Origin: Cyanobacteria bacterium P01_D01_bin.156
GTDB lineage: Bacteria > Cyanobacteriota > Cyanobacteriia > Phormidesmidales > Phormidesmidaceae
NCBI GenBank assembly: GCA_039024555.1
Contig: JBCCQQ010000067.1
Coordinates: forward strand, 1 to 32,715
Length of the DNA stretch: 32,715 nucleotides
Direction of reading: 5' to 3'
Shown here one piece after another: positions 1 through 10,425 of the stretch. The notes beneath the pieces are model-generated. The model had not been told where the DNA came from and made no database searches. It saw nothing but the letters and a program-made list of their open reading frames with translations. The stretch's first letter is position 1; the number at the start of each line of letters is the position of its first letter. Position numbers and translations under genes: made by a program.

Positions 1-136
1 AGAAGGTTGTCGGTACATTTCCCGAAGTAGGTGCAAGGGTTGTGAGCATTTTAGCTAGTTTCCCGTGCACTTAAGCACGTCGCAATAGATTGAAACCCTT
101 GCAAAATCTGGGTGCCTGACTTTAACAGCAAACCCT
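1..136 (-). mobile_element. Left end of an IS5-family-like insertion sequence, including the first 6 codons of a probable transposase (ATG at 18, MYRQPS...); continues beyond the window
   Basis: The minus strand reads TA|GGGTTTGCTGTTAAAGTCAG... exactly where the tpsA paralogue loses similarity to its neighbour. An ORF start ATG TAC CGA CAA CCT TCT runs off the edge. Both resemble cyanobacterial IS5-family ends and MYR-starting transposases as I recall them; only one end is visible. Confidence 0.62.
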
Positions 137-484
137 AATTAGATACAAATTGGCACTGCTGCCAAAGACTTGTAACAGACCATCAATATACGAAGCACCA
201 CCTAAAACACTGCCTAGAACATTCTGCACCTCTGAGCCAGTGATAAAATTTGCTGTCTGTCCTGTACCTAAACTAAACTCATTGAAATTGTGAAAAAGGT
301 TAGCGCCATCACCAGACGCCGCACCTCCTGTAATGTCATACTGATTGTTAGTTTGATTAACTTGAGTTCCAGTACTTAGAGCACCCGTTTCAGGAGAAAT
401 CGATTGAGCGACAGCGGGTAATGTCAGCCCCAGAAACACGCAAGAAAGACTCTGAAGCAGTATTAGCCACACACGATTTACCAT
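122..484 (-). pseudogene. Filamentous haemagglutinin-family (TpsA-like) protein, N-terminal fragment interrupted by the IS
   Basis: Signal peptide followed by GANLFHNFNEFSL...NVLGSVLGGASYIDGLLQV..SANLYLI. It is clearly paralogous to 924..3071 but diverges to RVCC* where the paralogue has the conserved NPAG. Confidence 0.85.
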
Positions 485-723
485 TAAAACCTCTTCACCA
501 CAACTCTTTTAGAGCAGGTGCATACTTTAAATACTCAATTTCTATAAAATTAAATGCCCCCTAAAAGGTGGAATAAAACCACGCTTTAAAATAAAGCTTC
601 AGACATTAGCTGCTTTGACTAGCTATAAATTCAAAGTAGAGCACTTAGATATAATTTTTGATTGAATACACCCTAAATTGTTTCAGTATAAAAAGAAAGT
701 TTCCTTGAAGTGTTTCAACACCC

Positions 724-764
724 TTTCATAAAGGAGTAGTATTTCTTCATGCTCCTTTATGAAA
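724..764. other. 13-bp inverted repeat between the two tpsA genes
   Basis: TTTCATAAAGGAG (724-736) pairs with CTCCTTTATGAAA (752-764). There is no U-tract on either side, so function is unclear. Confidence 0.5.
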
Positions 765-923
765 TTGATTCAGTTATCCGGAGTGATTATATTTATCAGA
801 CAAATTGTTTCAGATAATAATTTTAATAGCATTAGCATAGATGAGCAGCCTCGAAAAAACTGTCTGACGACAGTCTCTTACTATAATCTGAGGTTAAAGT
901 CTTTTTTGATCTAGCTGAGGTAC

Positions 924-3071
924 TCACTGACATTCTTCTGGTAAAACTTCAGCCACTGAAAGAATATCTGTTGAAATAAAAGCACTACACATTTCATCAT
1001 TTACTGAAGACTCTATTTCTCTCTCCTCAACAAAATCTTCCTCAGTATCCTCTGGGTCCTCTAATCCTCCTATATTGTCTGTTGGCAACGTAGCACTCAG
1101 CACAATAGAATCTTCAAGCCCATCGGAGTTGGCAGTTTCTGGAGAATTAACTGGATTGCTTGGGTTAACTGGATTATCTGGGGTAACCGGATCAACTGGG
1201 TTGACTGGTTCAACTGGATTACCCGGATCAATTGGATCAACCGGATTAACTAGATCATACTCAATTCCTGAAACAAAAGATTCGATATAACCATTGCCTC
1301 CTATACCTATAACGATGGATCCTGCCGTTCCACTAGCATTTTCTGGGAAATTATCGGGGTCAACTTCAACCAGAGAGAACTCTTGAGTTACAGCAAACAC
1401 CCCGTCTATCAATCCATCGTATACATTAAAGCTAAATCCATCCTCGGGAGTTACAGCTTCAGGTCCCACAATGAAATTTTCCCCAGAGTGAGTAATTTGA
1501 ATACGACTATCGTCAGGATCAATCCCAAAATCAGGAGTCCTTGCTAAAATACTGACAGGAACTCCACTAATATCTTGTCTAATAAGTCTTCTTCTTTCTA
1601 CTTCTGAATCTTCAAACACTATCAAAGATAGTTTTCGTGTTTCAGAATTTACTGATGTTAGTGGAACAGTATCATTATTTATATCTACAAATACATATCC
1701 GTTCTCATCTACAAATTCCCTATTTAAGGTGGGAGGGGCATTACCGTCTGGAATCAGAAGATTTTCACTAATCAAAAAATTTCTAATATCAATGTTTTCA
1801 GGCTCATCTATATCCAATCTTGGTAATCCTGCTCTCTCATCAGGTCGAATAAAATCATCAAACGTTGCTTCTATTTTGCCTGTTGCCCTGAACAAGCCTG
1901 CTGCATTAATTTCTATAATTCCAGGCTCAGAATCAATACCATCTATTTGAATATCCCCAGCCAAAGATCTTAAGAAAACCCCTTTAGTGAGTAGCTCCTC
2001 CGAAGTAATATCACCACGAGCAACGTTTGTGATTATTCCACCAGTTATGTTTCCTTGAGCTACTAACTCAACAAGACCACCATTATTATTGATGTTATTC
2101 CAAATAACAATTTGACCGGCAGAAGAGATGAAAGTATCCCCTCCAGAAGTAATCTCATTTATTGTAATATTCGCAAATGGAGCAGATGTATTATCAGAAC
2201 TTATGACATCTTCTGAATTTGCTAAATAAACCTGCTCATTTTGAACGGTAAACTCCAGTCTCTGCAACACATCTGCTCCATTTGTTAGCAATCCAGGTAG
2301 GTCTAAAGGCCTAAAGACTTGATCATCGTCTCTCAAAATACTTTCTTCAAGTGACGGTACGATTAAGCTCAGTAAGTTACCTTCTTGACTAATTCTGACT
2401 AAGCCCTCTCCATGGACTGTTGCAATATTCACATTGCCCCTGACTGTCTCTATCGTGCCTGTATCACTGCTGTTAATGACGGCACCACCTACAAGTGTAA
2501 TACTCTCATCATTCTTTAACTTTGCTGTATTGACAACCAGCTTTGATTCTTCCTCTGAGAAGATTAGACTGGTTGGGTTATCTACTAACTGAGAATAGGC
2601 ATTCGTCTCTAGCAGATTAAAAATATTGTCACCAAAACCTAACCCTGTAGCCGTGGTAGCCGTAAATGCTCCATCCAAGTTCAATGCTGCATTCTCGCCA
2701 AACACAATACCTGCCGGGTTGAGAAAATATAGATTTGCACTGCTGCCAGATACTTGCAACGTACCATCGATAAAGGAAGAAGCACCACCCAAAACACCAC
2801 TCAAAACATTCTGTACCTCTGAGTCAGTGATGAAATTAACTGTTTGATCTTTAAGTAGAGTAAACTGATCAAAATTGTGAAAAAGGTTAGCACCATCCCC
2901 AGATAGCTCACCTCCTGTGATGTCGTACGTATCGTCAGCCTGATTAACTTGAGTCCCTGTTGTCAAATCACCATTTTCAGGAGAGATTAATTGAGCAACA
3001 GCTGGCAACATCAAACCTAGCCATGCAAAAGAGAACCCCTGAACTAGAACCAGCCAAACACGATTAAACAT
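924..3071 (-). CDS. Filamentous haemagglutinin N-terminal (TPS) domain exoprotein, TpsA-like
   Basis: Signal peptide ending AVA, then NLFHNF, ANLYFLNPAGIVFG and AFTATTA TPS motifs. Acidic C-terminal half with a Pro-rich repeat. SD-like GAGGAG upstream of the ATG. Confidence 0.9.
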   Translation of the reverse strand: MFNRVWLVLVQGFSFAWLGLMLPAVAQLISPENGDLTTGTQVNQADDTYDITGGELSGDGANLFHNFDQFTLLKDQTVNFITDSEVQNVLSGVLGGASSFIDGTLQVSGSSANLYFLNPAGIVFGENAALNLDGAFTATTATGLGFGDNIFNLLETNAYSQLVDNPTSLIFSEEESKLVVNTAKLKNDESITLVGGAVINSSDTGTIETVRGNVNIATVHGEGLVRISQEGNLLSLIVPSLEESILRDDDQVFRPLDLPGLLTNGADVLQRLEFTVQNEQVYLANSEDVISSDNTSAPFANITINEITSGGDTFISSAGQIVIWNNINNNGGLVELVAQGNITGGIITNVARGDITSEELLTKGVFLRSLAGDIQIDGIDSEPGIIEINAAGLFRATGKIEATFDDFIRPDERAGLPRLDIDEPENIDIRNFLISENLLIPDGNAPPTLNREFVDENGYVFVDINNDTVPLTSVNSETRKLSLIVFEDSEVERRRLIRQDISGVPVSILARTPDFGIDPDDSRIQITHSGENFIVGPEAVTPEDGFSFNVYDGLIDGVFAVTQEFSLVEVDPDNFPENASGTAGSIVIGIGGNGYIESFVSGIEYDLVNPVDPIDPGNPVEPVNPVDPVTPDNPVNPSNPVNSPETANSDGLEDSIVLSATLPTDNIGGLEDPEDTEEDFVEEREIESSVNDEMCSAFISTDILSVAEVLPEECQ
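1139..1250 (-). repeat. Degenerate 9-nt tandem repeat encoding a (V/x-N/D-P)n Pro-rich linker
   Basis: Translation VNPVDPIDPGNPVEPVNPVDPVTPDNPVNPSNPVNSP. Confidence 0.8.
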
Positions 3072-3413
3072 AGGGGATTTCTCCTCTCTATGGAGTAGAG
3101 TAAACGTATACTAGTCAAGATTTTCTTCGATAGAGTTTAAAAATCTGCAAACAGCACGTGGTCCACAAAAGATTATAGAACCTCAATAGGCAAACAGATT
3201 GATAAGCCTTGAGAAAGAAAGTATCACTTAAAAATTACACGAAATAATCGTAATTTTCTCTTAAAAGGAAACACGTATCTATTAATTCAATTCAATAATT
3301 CTTTACAACTGCGTAGCTTTCATGCGCTTAGTCAACAAAAGCTTCGCTGAAATATGACATCTAAAAAAACATCAAGGGCCTGATGCAGGTCTTACAACCT
3401 AATGCAACCGCCA

Positions 3414-5162
3414 TTAAAACCGATATCGAAGATTGAAATCCACCAGAATATCAGGTGATTCATCAGTAGAGACTAACGGTACGCCTAAATCCACTGAGGC
3501 ACTTAATCCCTCTACTGGATTAACCACTAATCCTATGCCAGTGCTCAGCAAGAAGTTATCATCCCCGAGAGCATCCTGAACATCATCATCCGAAAACCAC
3601 GCATAGGCCAAATCCACGAAGGGCACTAGCTGTAGCACAGCGTTATTATCCTGGTTGCGCTGCAGAGTGATGTAATCAGATACTGAAAATCGAAAGCCGC
3701 TATCCCCAAACTGCTCATTCTGAAAATAGCCTCGTACAGAGCTCGGTCCTCCAAGGAAAAACTGCTCTGACCCCGGTAGGCGATCATCCGTAATCTGCCA
3801 ATTTGTCTGAAAGACCAGCAAATGTTTTGGGTTTATCACCTGGGAACGCTGTGCCTGCCCTGCCCAGACAAAAAACGAATCATTTGTGTCTGTTGCATCA
3901 AATAGGTCGGTGCCAATACGAAACTGTGACTGTAGCGCCCAAGCCCCCTGCGTATCCCGTTTGAGATAGTCCTGCCCCAAAGATACTACGCTCGTTCTAA
4001 TCGATGGTGTGACATTTCCAGCAACAACAGATGAACCTTCGCGATAGCGTAACCCTGCAGAAAGGGCAAATTCTTCCCGAAGACTGCGAATTAATGGCTG
4101 CCGAATACTCGCTTCATAAATCTCAGTTGAGCCACTAGCATCCAGCCTTGATGGTGTAGCACTACGATTAGTAATCCGAAAATCACTAGGAGCTACTCTC
4201 AGCAAAATAGTCCCATTCATTGGATTAAGGGGCACCTGATAGGCAATTTCATAGGCTTCAGACCCTCCAGTAGTGGTCACATTCGCTGCCGTAGACAGAC
4301 GGTCCCCTAACCCAAGTAGATTCAAATATTCTAGACGTGCACCGCCGCGATAGCGCCCCACACTCAAAGGTGACAGAGTGTCAAAAGATAGACTGCCCTG
4401 TAGTGGTGCTGCCTCGGTAACTGTGACGATTAAAAGACTCTGCCCTACAGCAGTTCCCGGTGCTAGATCAGCTGTGACTTCATCAAATAGTGGATCAGTT
4501 TTCAGTAACCGCAGCTGCTCCTCAATACGAATTGAGTTAACAGGTGTTTTACCAGCTAAAGCAACTCGGCTATGGGCATAGGCCGCCAATCGCTCAGTAC
4601 CGGCAATCTGAATTTCCTCTAAACTGCCCTCAATTACTTGAATCTGAATAACACCATCTGCAATGGTTTGCTCAGGAACGATCGCTCGCGATGTAATATA
4701 ACCTGACTTGAGGTAGTGCCCCGTAATCGCATCTGCTACATCCTGTAGCTCTTCTACCGTCAAATTTAAGGGCTCATCAGATTGTGCGACTGTCCCCAAT
4801 TGCTCAGCAATTACCTGCATCAGTTCCTGATCATCAAAGACTGTGCTGCCAACAACCTCAATCTGACGAATCTCTAGACGCTCTAACGTATTGTCAGATG
4901 GTGCTGGTGTATCTTCCGATGCAGGCGGCGTTACCTCTTCTTCAGGTGATGAAGGTTCTAATGGTTCAGGTGATAAATCTAAATCAGGAAACCTATCCTG
5001 ACTCGGATCTGCTTGGCTAATTAGCCCAAAGCTATTAGCCGTCGAGAGTTCTTTAAAGCTAGGTCTACGTTCCCCATCATTTGCAGATGCTTCTGCTCCT
5101 AAGGCAGCTAAAACTACAAAAGATAATACCCAAACTCCACACAAAACCCGAAAAATCCCCAA
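3414..5162 (-). CDS. ShlB/FhaC/HecB-family (TpsB) outer-membrane secretion/activation protein
   Basis: POTRA-like IEVVGSTVF...ITGHYLKSGYITSRA...IQVIEG, barrel loop motif LGGPSSVRGY, C-terminal Phe (LRYRF). TTG start with GAGGA upstream. Confidence 0.92.
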   Translation of the reverse strand: MGIFRVLCGVWVLSFVVLAALGAEASANDGERRPSFKELSTANSFGLISQADPSQDRFPDLDLSPEPLEPSSPEEEVTPPASEDTPAPSDNTLERLEIRQIEVVGSTVFDDQELMQVIAEQLGTVAQSDEPLNLTVEELQDVADAITGHYLKSGYITSRAIVPEQTIADGVIQIQVIEGSLEEIQIAGTERLAAYAHSRVALAGKTPVNSIRIEEQLRLLKTDPLFDEVTADLAPGTAVGQSLLIVTVTEAAPLQGSLSFDTLSPLSVGRYRGGARLEYLNLLGLGDRLSTAANVTTTGGSEAYEIAYQVPLNPMNGTILLRVAPSDFRITNRSATPSRLDASGSTEIYEASIRQPLIRSLREEFALSAGLRYREGSSVVAGNVTPSIRTSVVSLGQDYLKRDTQGAWALQSQFRIGTDLFDATDTNDSFFVWAGQAQRSQVINPKHLLVFQTNWQITDDRLPGSEQFFLGGPSSVRGYFQNEQFGDSGFRFSVSDYITLQRNQDNNAVLQLVPFVDLAYAWFSDDDVQDALGDDNFLLSTGIGLVVNPVEGLSASVDLGVPLVSTDESPDILVDFNLRYRF

Positions 5163-5676
5163 AAGACTATCCTCACAACCTCTATCTATTAGAGAAGCAC
5201 ATAAACCTTCAAATTTCAGTTACATCTAGCAAATTCAAAGTTGCCATACAACAACCACACACAGTAGGCGAGTAATTGAATTACTGATGTAGGATAAAAA
5301 CTTACTGAGGGCACAGTTAAAGGACTAAAAGTACAGTTCACTTTTATATGTCAAAAGGTTCTCTTCTAGCAACTTTTGACCGTTTATATAATGGAACAGA
5401 ACAGTCCACATGATGACGATGAATGCGAGGAGCATAGAAGAACTTACTCAAACTTTCTGCTCTTACCTTTCACTTGATGCCATAGTTAGATTTCGCATGG
5501 CTTAAGCAAATAGCCCCTCAAGTTATCATTGAGAGGCTAAGTTATATTCCGTTTTCACAAGCTAGTTCTTGTGAAAATTAGTAATAACAAGAAGTTTTCT
5601 GAACTTACGCAATTTGTTGCAGCTTCGCTTAAATTCTAACCAGTAGGATGAAACTGGCTGTTATTTAACTGCTGGA

Positions 5677-6240
5677 CTAAGCAGGATTCCAAAGAACAGT
5701 TTTTTGAATGAGCTGAATCGGCTCTTGAACAATTTTAGTGTTAGCAGGATTTGCTCGACTCAGCCAAACGACTGGTTCGTTAAGATCTAAAACAGTTTTA
5801 CCCTCATCTGTAGAGACAGTGAGAGACTGACGATGCACCGCCATACCGTGAATGGGCAACCAGCCAGACTGACCTTGTAGCAACAGATCACGGCTATGAT
5901 CACGACGTGTAAATAATCGCTTTAATACCCGCCAATCTTGCCATAGCCGCTTGGCACTATCGCAGTTGAGATAATAATCTGGCAAAACTTCGAGGGAAGC
6001 ATAATCTTGAACAGAGGACTGATTAACCATGGCGAAGGGCTCCCAGGTGAAACGGACGAACATATTCCAAACCTGACTAATGGCCTGGAAAAGCATTTTC
6101 CACGGATCTAAGTGACGATCATGCGGAGACGACCAAACCCGATCTTCGAAGATGGGATTGTTCATCCAAAACATCCGATTGAACCAATCTTGAATGAGCA
6201 GCAATTTGGAACTCCTATGAACTGTTGTTGACCTTGACAT
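5677..6240 (-). CDS. Hypothetical protein (187 aa)
   Basis: Long ATG-initiated ORF filling the intergenic space; no motif recognised. Confidence 0.6.
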   Translation of the reverse strand: MSRSTTVHRSSKLLLIQDWFNRMFWMNNPIFEDRVWSSPHDRHLDPWKMLFQAISQVWNMFVRFTWEPFAMVNQSSVQDYASLEVLPDYYLNCDSAKRLWQDWRVLKRLFTRRDHSRDLLLQGQSGWLPIHGMAVHRQSLTVSTDEGKTVLDLNEPVVWLSRANPANTKIVQEPIQLIQKTVLWNPA

Positions 6241-6404
6241 AGTTCAGCATTCTGTCAAAGCATCTGTGGACAGGAAAAAATACAGAAATACATCATTAAT
6301 TCCGTGAAAATACGGATTCCAAGAGTCAGACACTTATGAGTATCCCTGATACCTGATAGTATCCTGAACATTCATTCAGGCTTGCTTCAACGGACGTATC
6401 CCTT

Positions 6405-6905
6405 ATGACTACTATCATTCGACCAACCCAGCCCCGTGATCTTGCGGCTCTGACCTGTCTTTATAATCACTACATTGAAAATACTGCCATCACATTTGAC
6501 ATCACCCCCTATACGGTGGAGCAGCGTCGAGACCAATGGTGGTGCCACTATGCCTCCCAAGGACGTCACCAATTATGGGTGGCCGAACAGAATCAAGTTG
6601 TTGTTGGCTATGCCACTAGCAGTCAGTTTAGAAGTAAGGCGGCTTATGACACATCGGTTGAAACGAGCATCTATCTGGTACCTGAGGTACAGGGACAGGG
6701 GCTAGGAACCCAGTTGTATAAAGCCTTATTTGAGTCCTTATCCGATGAAGATGTACATCGCGCCTATGCAGGCATCACGCTGCCTAATACTGGTTCCATT
6801 GCTCTGCACCAAAAATTTGACTTCCACAGCGTTGGTTGCTATCGGGAAGTGGGCCGAAAGTTTGATAAATATTGGGATGTAGAGTGGTTTGAAAAGTCTC
6901 TTTGA
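6405..6905 (+). CDS. GNAT N-acetyltransferase, phosphinothricin/methionine-sulfoximine acetyltransferase-like (Pat/YncA family)
   Basis: YNHYIENTAITF, AYDTSVETSIYL, acetyl-CoA motif QGQGLG, PNTGSIALHQKFDF, VGRKFDKYWDV. Confidence 0.88.
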   Translation: MTTIIRPTQPRDLAALTCLYNHYIENTAITFDITPYTVEQRRDQWWCHYASQGRHQLWVAEQNQVVVGYATSSQFRSKAAYDTSVETSIYLVPEVQGQGLGTQLYKALFESLSDEDVHRAYAGITLPNTGSIALHQKFDFHSVGCYREVGRKFDKYWDVEWFEKSL

Positions 6906-6924
6906 GAAACCTTTCGATGGTTCG

Positions 6925-9144
6925 CTAGCAGCGACAGTTTTTTAATCGCAGTGCATTAGTGACTACAGATACTGAGCTAAAGGCCATCGCAGCCCCGGCA
7001 ATCATTGGATTGAGTAGCCAGCCAAAAGCTGGATAGAGAATACCCGCGGCAATCGGAATACTGAAAATGTTGTAGATAAAGGCAAAAAATAGATTTTGTC
7101 GAATATTGGCCATGGTTGCCTTGCTTAGACGAATAGCGGTAACCACACCCTGAAGATCTCCAGAAATAAGGGTAATGTCACCGGCTGAGATCGCAACATC
7201 CGTTCCTGTCCCAATGGCCATACCTACATCAGCCTGGGCTAGGGCTGGCGCATCATTAATGCCATCCCCCACCATGGCAACTCGCTTACCATCTGTCTGT
7301 AATTGTTGCACGTAGGCCGCTTTCTGGTCGGGACGCACCTGGGCAAAGTAGCGTTGAATGCCCACCTCTTTAGCAATGGCTGCAGCGGTTTGAGGATTGT
7401 CTCCCGTTAGCATAATCACCTCCAAACCCATTTTTTGCAGCCGATGTACCGCCAGTACAGATGAGGGCTTGAGAGCATCGGCAATACCGATTACTCCTTC
7501 GAGTCGACCATCCACGGCTATCCACACCACCGTTTGGGCTGCAGCTTGCCAGACTTGACTCTGGTCCTGCAGCGGTTGAGTATCGATGCCTATTTCGTGC
7601 ATCCAGCGTTGTGTGCCAATGTGCACCTGCTGACCCTGGACAATCCCCTGGACACCGTGACCCACCATCGCTTCAAAGCTATCTACCTCCGGTAGTGCTT
7701 TTATTCCTTGGTCCATGGCATAGGCGACTACGGCGGCGGCGAGCGGATGTTCCGAGTTGCCTTCAACCGCCGCCGCTAGCTGGAGGATGTGCGCCTGGTT
7801 GTTGTGAACTGTTGTGTAACTGGTTACCGTCGGTTGACCTTGGGTCAGCGTACCCGTTTTATCCAACACAATGGTTTGAACCCGGTGGGCCTGTTCCAGG
7901 CTCGCCGCATCCTTAATTAAAATGCCCCGTTCTGCCCCTTTGCCAGTGCCCACCATGATGGAGGTGGGGGTGGCTAGCCCAAGGGCACAGGGGCAGGCAA
8001 TAATCAATACTCCCACGGTTGTGATCAGCGCCAGGGTGAGATTACCTGTGAAATTTAGCCATAGGCAGAAGGTTAGGAGTGCGATCGCAACCACCACCGG
8101 TACAAACCATCCGGTCACCTGATCTGCCAGCTTTTGGATAGGCGCTTTTGACCCTTGGGCATCTCTTACTAACTGGACAATCTGAGCCAGCATGGTCTCC
8201 CTACCCACGCGGGTCGCCCGAAATCGAAAGCTGCCAGTCTTGTTTAAGGTGGCCCCGATTACCTCATCTCCCAGATGTTTTTCCACCGGCAGCGGCTCCC
8301 CCGTTACCATGGACTCATCTATGGTTGAATTTCCTGACACAAGGGTGCCATCTACTGGAATCTTTTCCCCTGGGCGCACCACAACAATGTCATCAACCAC
8401 CACCTCAGCAATGGGAATATTGACAGCGGTCCCCTGGCGGATCACTTGGGCCGTTTGAGGCTGCAGACCCATGAGTTTTCGTATTGCCTCTGAAGTTTTG
8501 CCCCGCGCACGATTTTCTAAGTATCGTCCCAATAACAACAGGGCAATAATCACCACCGCTGCTTCGTAATACACATCAGTAGCAACTCCCCGCGCCCGCA
8601 AAACCTGTGGAAATAGTGTGGCAAACAAAGAGTATAGATAGGCCGTGCCAGTTCCCAAAGCCACCAGGGTATTCATATTGGCAGTTCGATGGAGAAGACT
8701 TTTCCAGGCCCCAACAAAAAAGTCCTGACCGCACCACACCAGCACTGGCGTAGCCAAAACTAGCTGCAGCCAAGCATTGTGAAATACCATAGGCCAACCT
8801 GGAATAGACACGCCCAGCATGACGGGTAGAGAACCCACCATCAGGACTAGTCCTACAGCACCACTAACAACCACCCGCACGAATAACTTCCGCTGCTGCT
8901 CTTGCTGCTGCCGCCGGTCCTTTTCTGGACTGATGATCTCAGTCGCTTCGTAGCCAGCATCTGCTACGGCAGTCCGAATAGCCTGAATATTGGTGCTACG
9001 CTCATTAAAATCAACGCTGGCCTGTTCTGCAGCAAAGTTGACTTGAGCACTAGTAACGCCCGGTACCCGTTGAATGATTGTTTCGACATTGTGGGCACAG
9101 GCAGCACAGCTCATGCCCTTGAGGTTGAGGGTGGTGGTGGTCAT
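6925..9144 (-). CDS. copA: Copper-translocating P1B-type ATPase (CopA/PacS-like)
   Basis: N-terminal GMSCAAC metal-binding domain, TGE, CPC, DKTGTLT, SEHPL and GDGINDAP motifs, plus the YN and MAFSS Cu(I)-type signatures. Confidence 0.95.
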   Translation of the reverse strand: MTTTTLNLKGMSCAACAHNVETIIQRVPGVTSAQVNFAAEQASVDFNERSTNIQAIRTAVADAGYEATEIISPEKDRRQQQEQQRKLFVRVVVSGAVGLVLMVGSLPVMLGVSIPGWPMVFHNAWLQLVLATPVLVWCGQDFFVGAWKSLLHRTANMNTLVALGTGTAYLYSLFATLFPQVLRARGVATDVYYEAAVVIIALLLLGRYLENRARGKTSEAIRKLMGLQPQTAQVIRQGTAVNIPIAEVVVDDIVVVRPGEKIPVDGTLVSGNSTIDESMVTGEPLPVEKHLGDEVIGATLNKTGSFRFRATRVGRETMLAQIVQLVRDAQGSKAPIQKLADQVTGWFVPVVVAIALLTFCLWLNFTGNLTLALITTVGVLIIACPCALGLATPTSIMVGTGKGAERGILIKDAASLEQAHRVQTIVLDKTGTLTQGQPTVTSYTTVHNNQAHILQLAAAVEGNSEHPLAAAVVAYAMDQGIKALPEVDSFEAMVGHGVQGIVQGQQVHIGTQRWMHEIGIDTQPLQDQSQVWQAAAQTVVWIAVDGRLEGVIGIADALKPSSVLAVHRLQKMGLEVIMLTGDNPQTAAAIAKEVGIQRYFAQVRPDQKAAYVQQLQTDGKRVAMVGDGINDAPALAQADVGMAIGTGTDVAISAGDITLISGDLQGVVTAIRLSKATMANIRQNLFFAFIYNIFSIPIAAGILYPAFGWLLNPMIAGAAMAFSSVSVVTNALRLKNCRC

Positions 9145-9223
9145 AGGAAGCTCCTTGGGATTAACCCCATGGCTCCATTAAGAGGACGAAAAATTGGCTT
9201 GGCATTACACCAGGTAGACCGCA

Positions 9224-9421
9224 CTATGCAGCAGCCGGATATCCTGCTTTTTCCAGCGCTGCTCGAATGGATGCTTCAGCGGTCTCTGTTTCAATATCAA
9301 CCAGCTTAGTCTTTGGGTCTGCTGAAACAGTCGCCTGCGCATCAAGGGTTTTAATGGCACTGGTGATATTCTTTGCACAGGAATCACAGGCCATATTGGG
9401 AACCGTCAACTGCAAAGCCAT
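9224..9421 (-). CDS. Heavy-metal-associated domain copper chaperone (CopZ/Atx1-like), 65 aa
   Basis: MALQLTVPNMACDSC...ALEKAGY. Start moved to the ATG at 9421 because the longer ORF overlaps the promoter. Lies directly upstream of the Cu-ATPase. Confidence 0.88.
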   Translation of the reverse strand: MALQLTVPNMACDSCAKNITSAIKTLDAQATVSADPKTKLVDIETETAEASIRAALEKAGYPAAA

Positions 9422-9455
9422 GGGAACTAAACACATACATGAACGTCGTGTTGTC

Positions 9456-9487
9456 AGCATAAACCCTACAGTTGACTAGAGAGTCTA
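9456..9487 (-). promoter_or_regulatory. MerR/CueR-type promoter-operator for the chaperone-ATPase operon
   Basis: Minus strand TAGACT, 20-nt spacer, TATGCT, with the imperfect dyad ACTCTCTAGT-CA-ACTGTAGGGT across the spacer. Confidence 0.72.
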
Positions 9488-9885
9488 GAGGGTGAACCCA
9501 ATTGCTTTTATTGATTTAAGGAATGCAACGATCTGTGGGGCTTTGCAAAGAGCAGAATTTGCACAATAGGACCAGTCTGAACCGTGAGAACGTCGCACAG
9601 CGTCCTTCAACCCGCCCCATTTGAAAAGGTAAACAAACCTAAACAAACCTGAACTTTTTGCTGATTCTAGAACCAGCCATGATCCCGCTTCTACCATGGC
9701 TAGAGCAAAGTAGATAAGTTACTTATGAACGTTTCGTCCCAGATTAATGCCAATCCATGGCTTAATTTTTCCATGATTGGACTGATGTGGCTGCTAAATG
9801 GTCTCTGCTTTTTGTACTGCGCCACAACGATTGCGTTACTTATGAAAAGCCTTTTAGCTTAGAACGGCTAGATTTCTTATCGCCA

Positions 9886-10269
9886 CTAGGGTTTTTCGTT
9901 CCAGATTTGGCGGTGGATTTTCCACTCCCCTTGTGCTTTCTTCATTAGCCAGAAGCCGCGAAATTTGATCTGAATAGGTGAGCCACCATCGTGGGGGTGG
10001 ATGGTAACTAGAGCAATACCGGTAGCATAGCCAGTGTCTCCAGTGACCTCTATTTCTTCTACGGAGAGGCTTGGGTCTAAGTCTTTATCGGCAATCTGTT
10101 CTGCGTAACCTGTGGCAATATCAGCGCGGCCATAGCGATCAGGGACATTGGGGGGCATCTGAATTGCTGCTTCGGTAAACATGTCAGCGTATTCTTGGGG
10201 GTTTCTGGCCCTAGCCCTAGCTGGGTAAATGTCTTCAAAAATGGTTTGGATTTGGTTGCGATCGCACAT
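9886..10269 (-). CDS. SnoaL/NTF2-like (DUF4440/YybH) protein
   Basis: YADMFTEAAIQMPPN...GR, EIEVTGDTGY and WKIHRQIWN patterns. The ATG at 10269 is preferred over the upstream alternative start. Confidence 0.8.
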   Translation of the reverse strand: MCDRNQIQTIFEDIYPARARARNPQEYADMFTEAAIQMPPNVPDRYGRADIATGYAEQIADKDLDPSLSVEEIEVTGDTGYATGIALVTIHPHDGGSPIQIKFRGFWLMKKAQGEWKIHRQIWNEKP

Positions 10270-10425
10270 GGACTCACCCCAACGTGGACTACCTACTAGG
10301 ATATTCACACTTAACCTGTCCGATGAATAGGGCCGCTGTGTGTGAGTTGGAGATAATGCCGAGATAATAAAGCGGTCATTTCTTTAGGTAGGAAATGACC
10401 GCTTAAAATTTTAAAACCGCAGATC

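Noticed and set aside
3231..3257. AAAATTAC-N11-GTAATTTT palindrome upstream of tpsA
   Set aside because: Short and in AT-rich DNA, so it could arise by chance; no regulator can be assigned.
9485..9697. 70-aa ORF as the missing MerR regulator
   Set aside because: It has no HTH or MerR features and overlaps the promoter; probably spurious.
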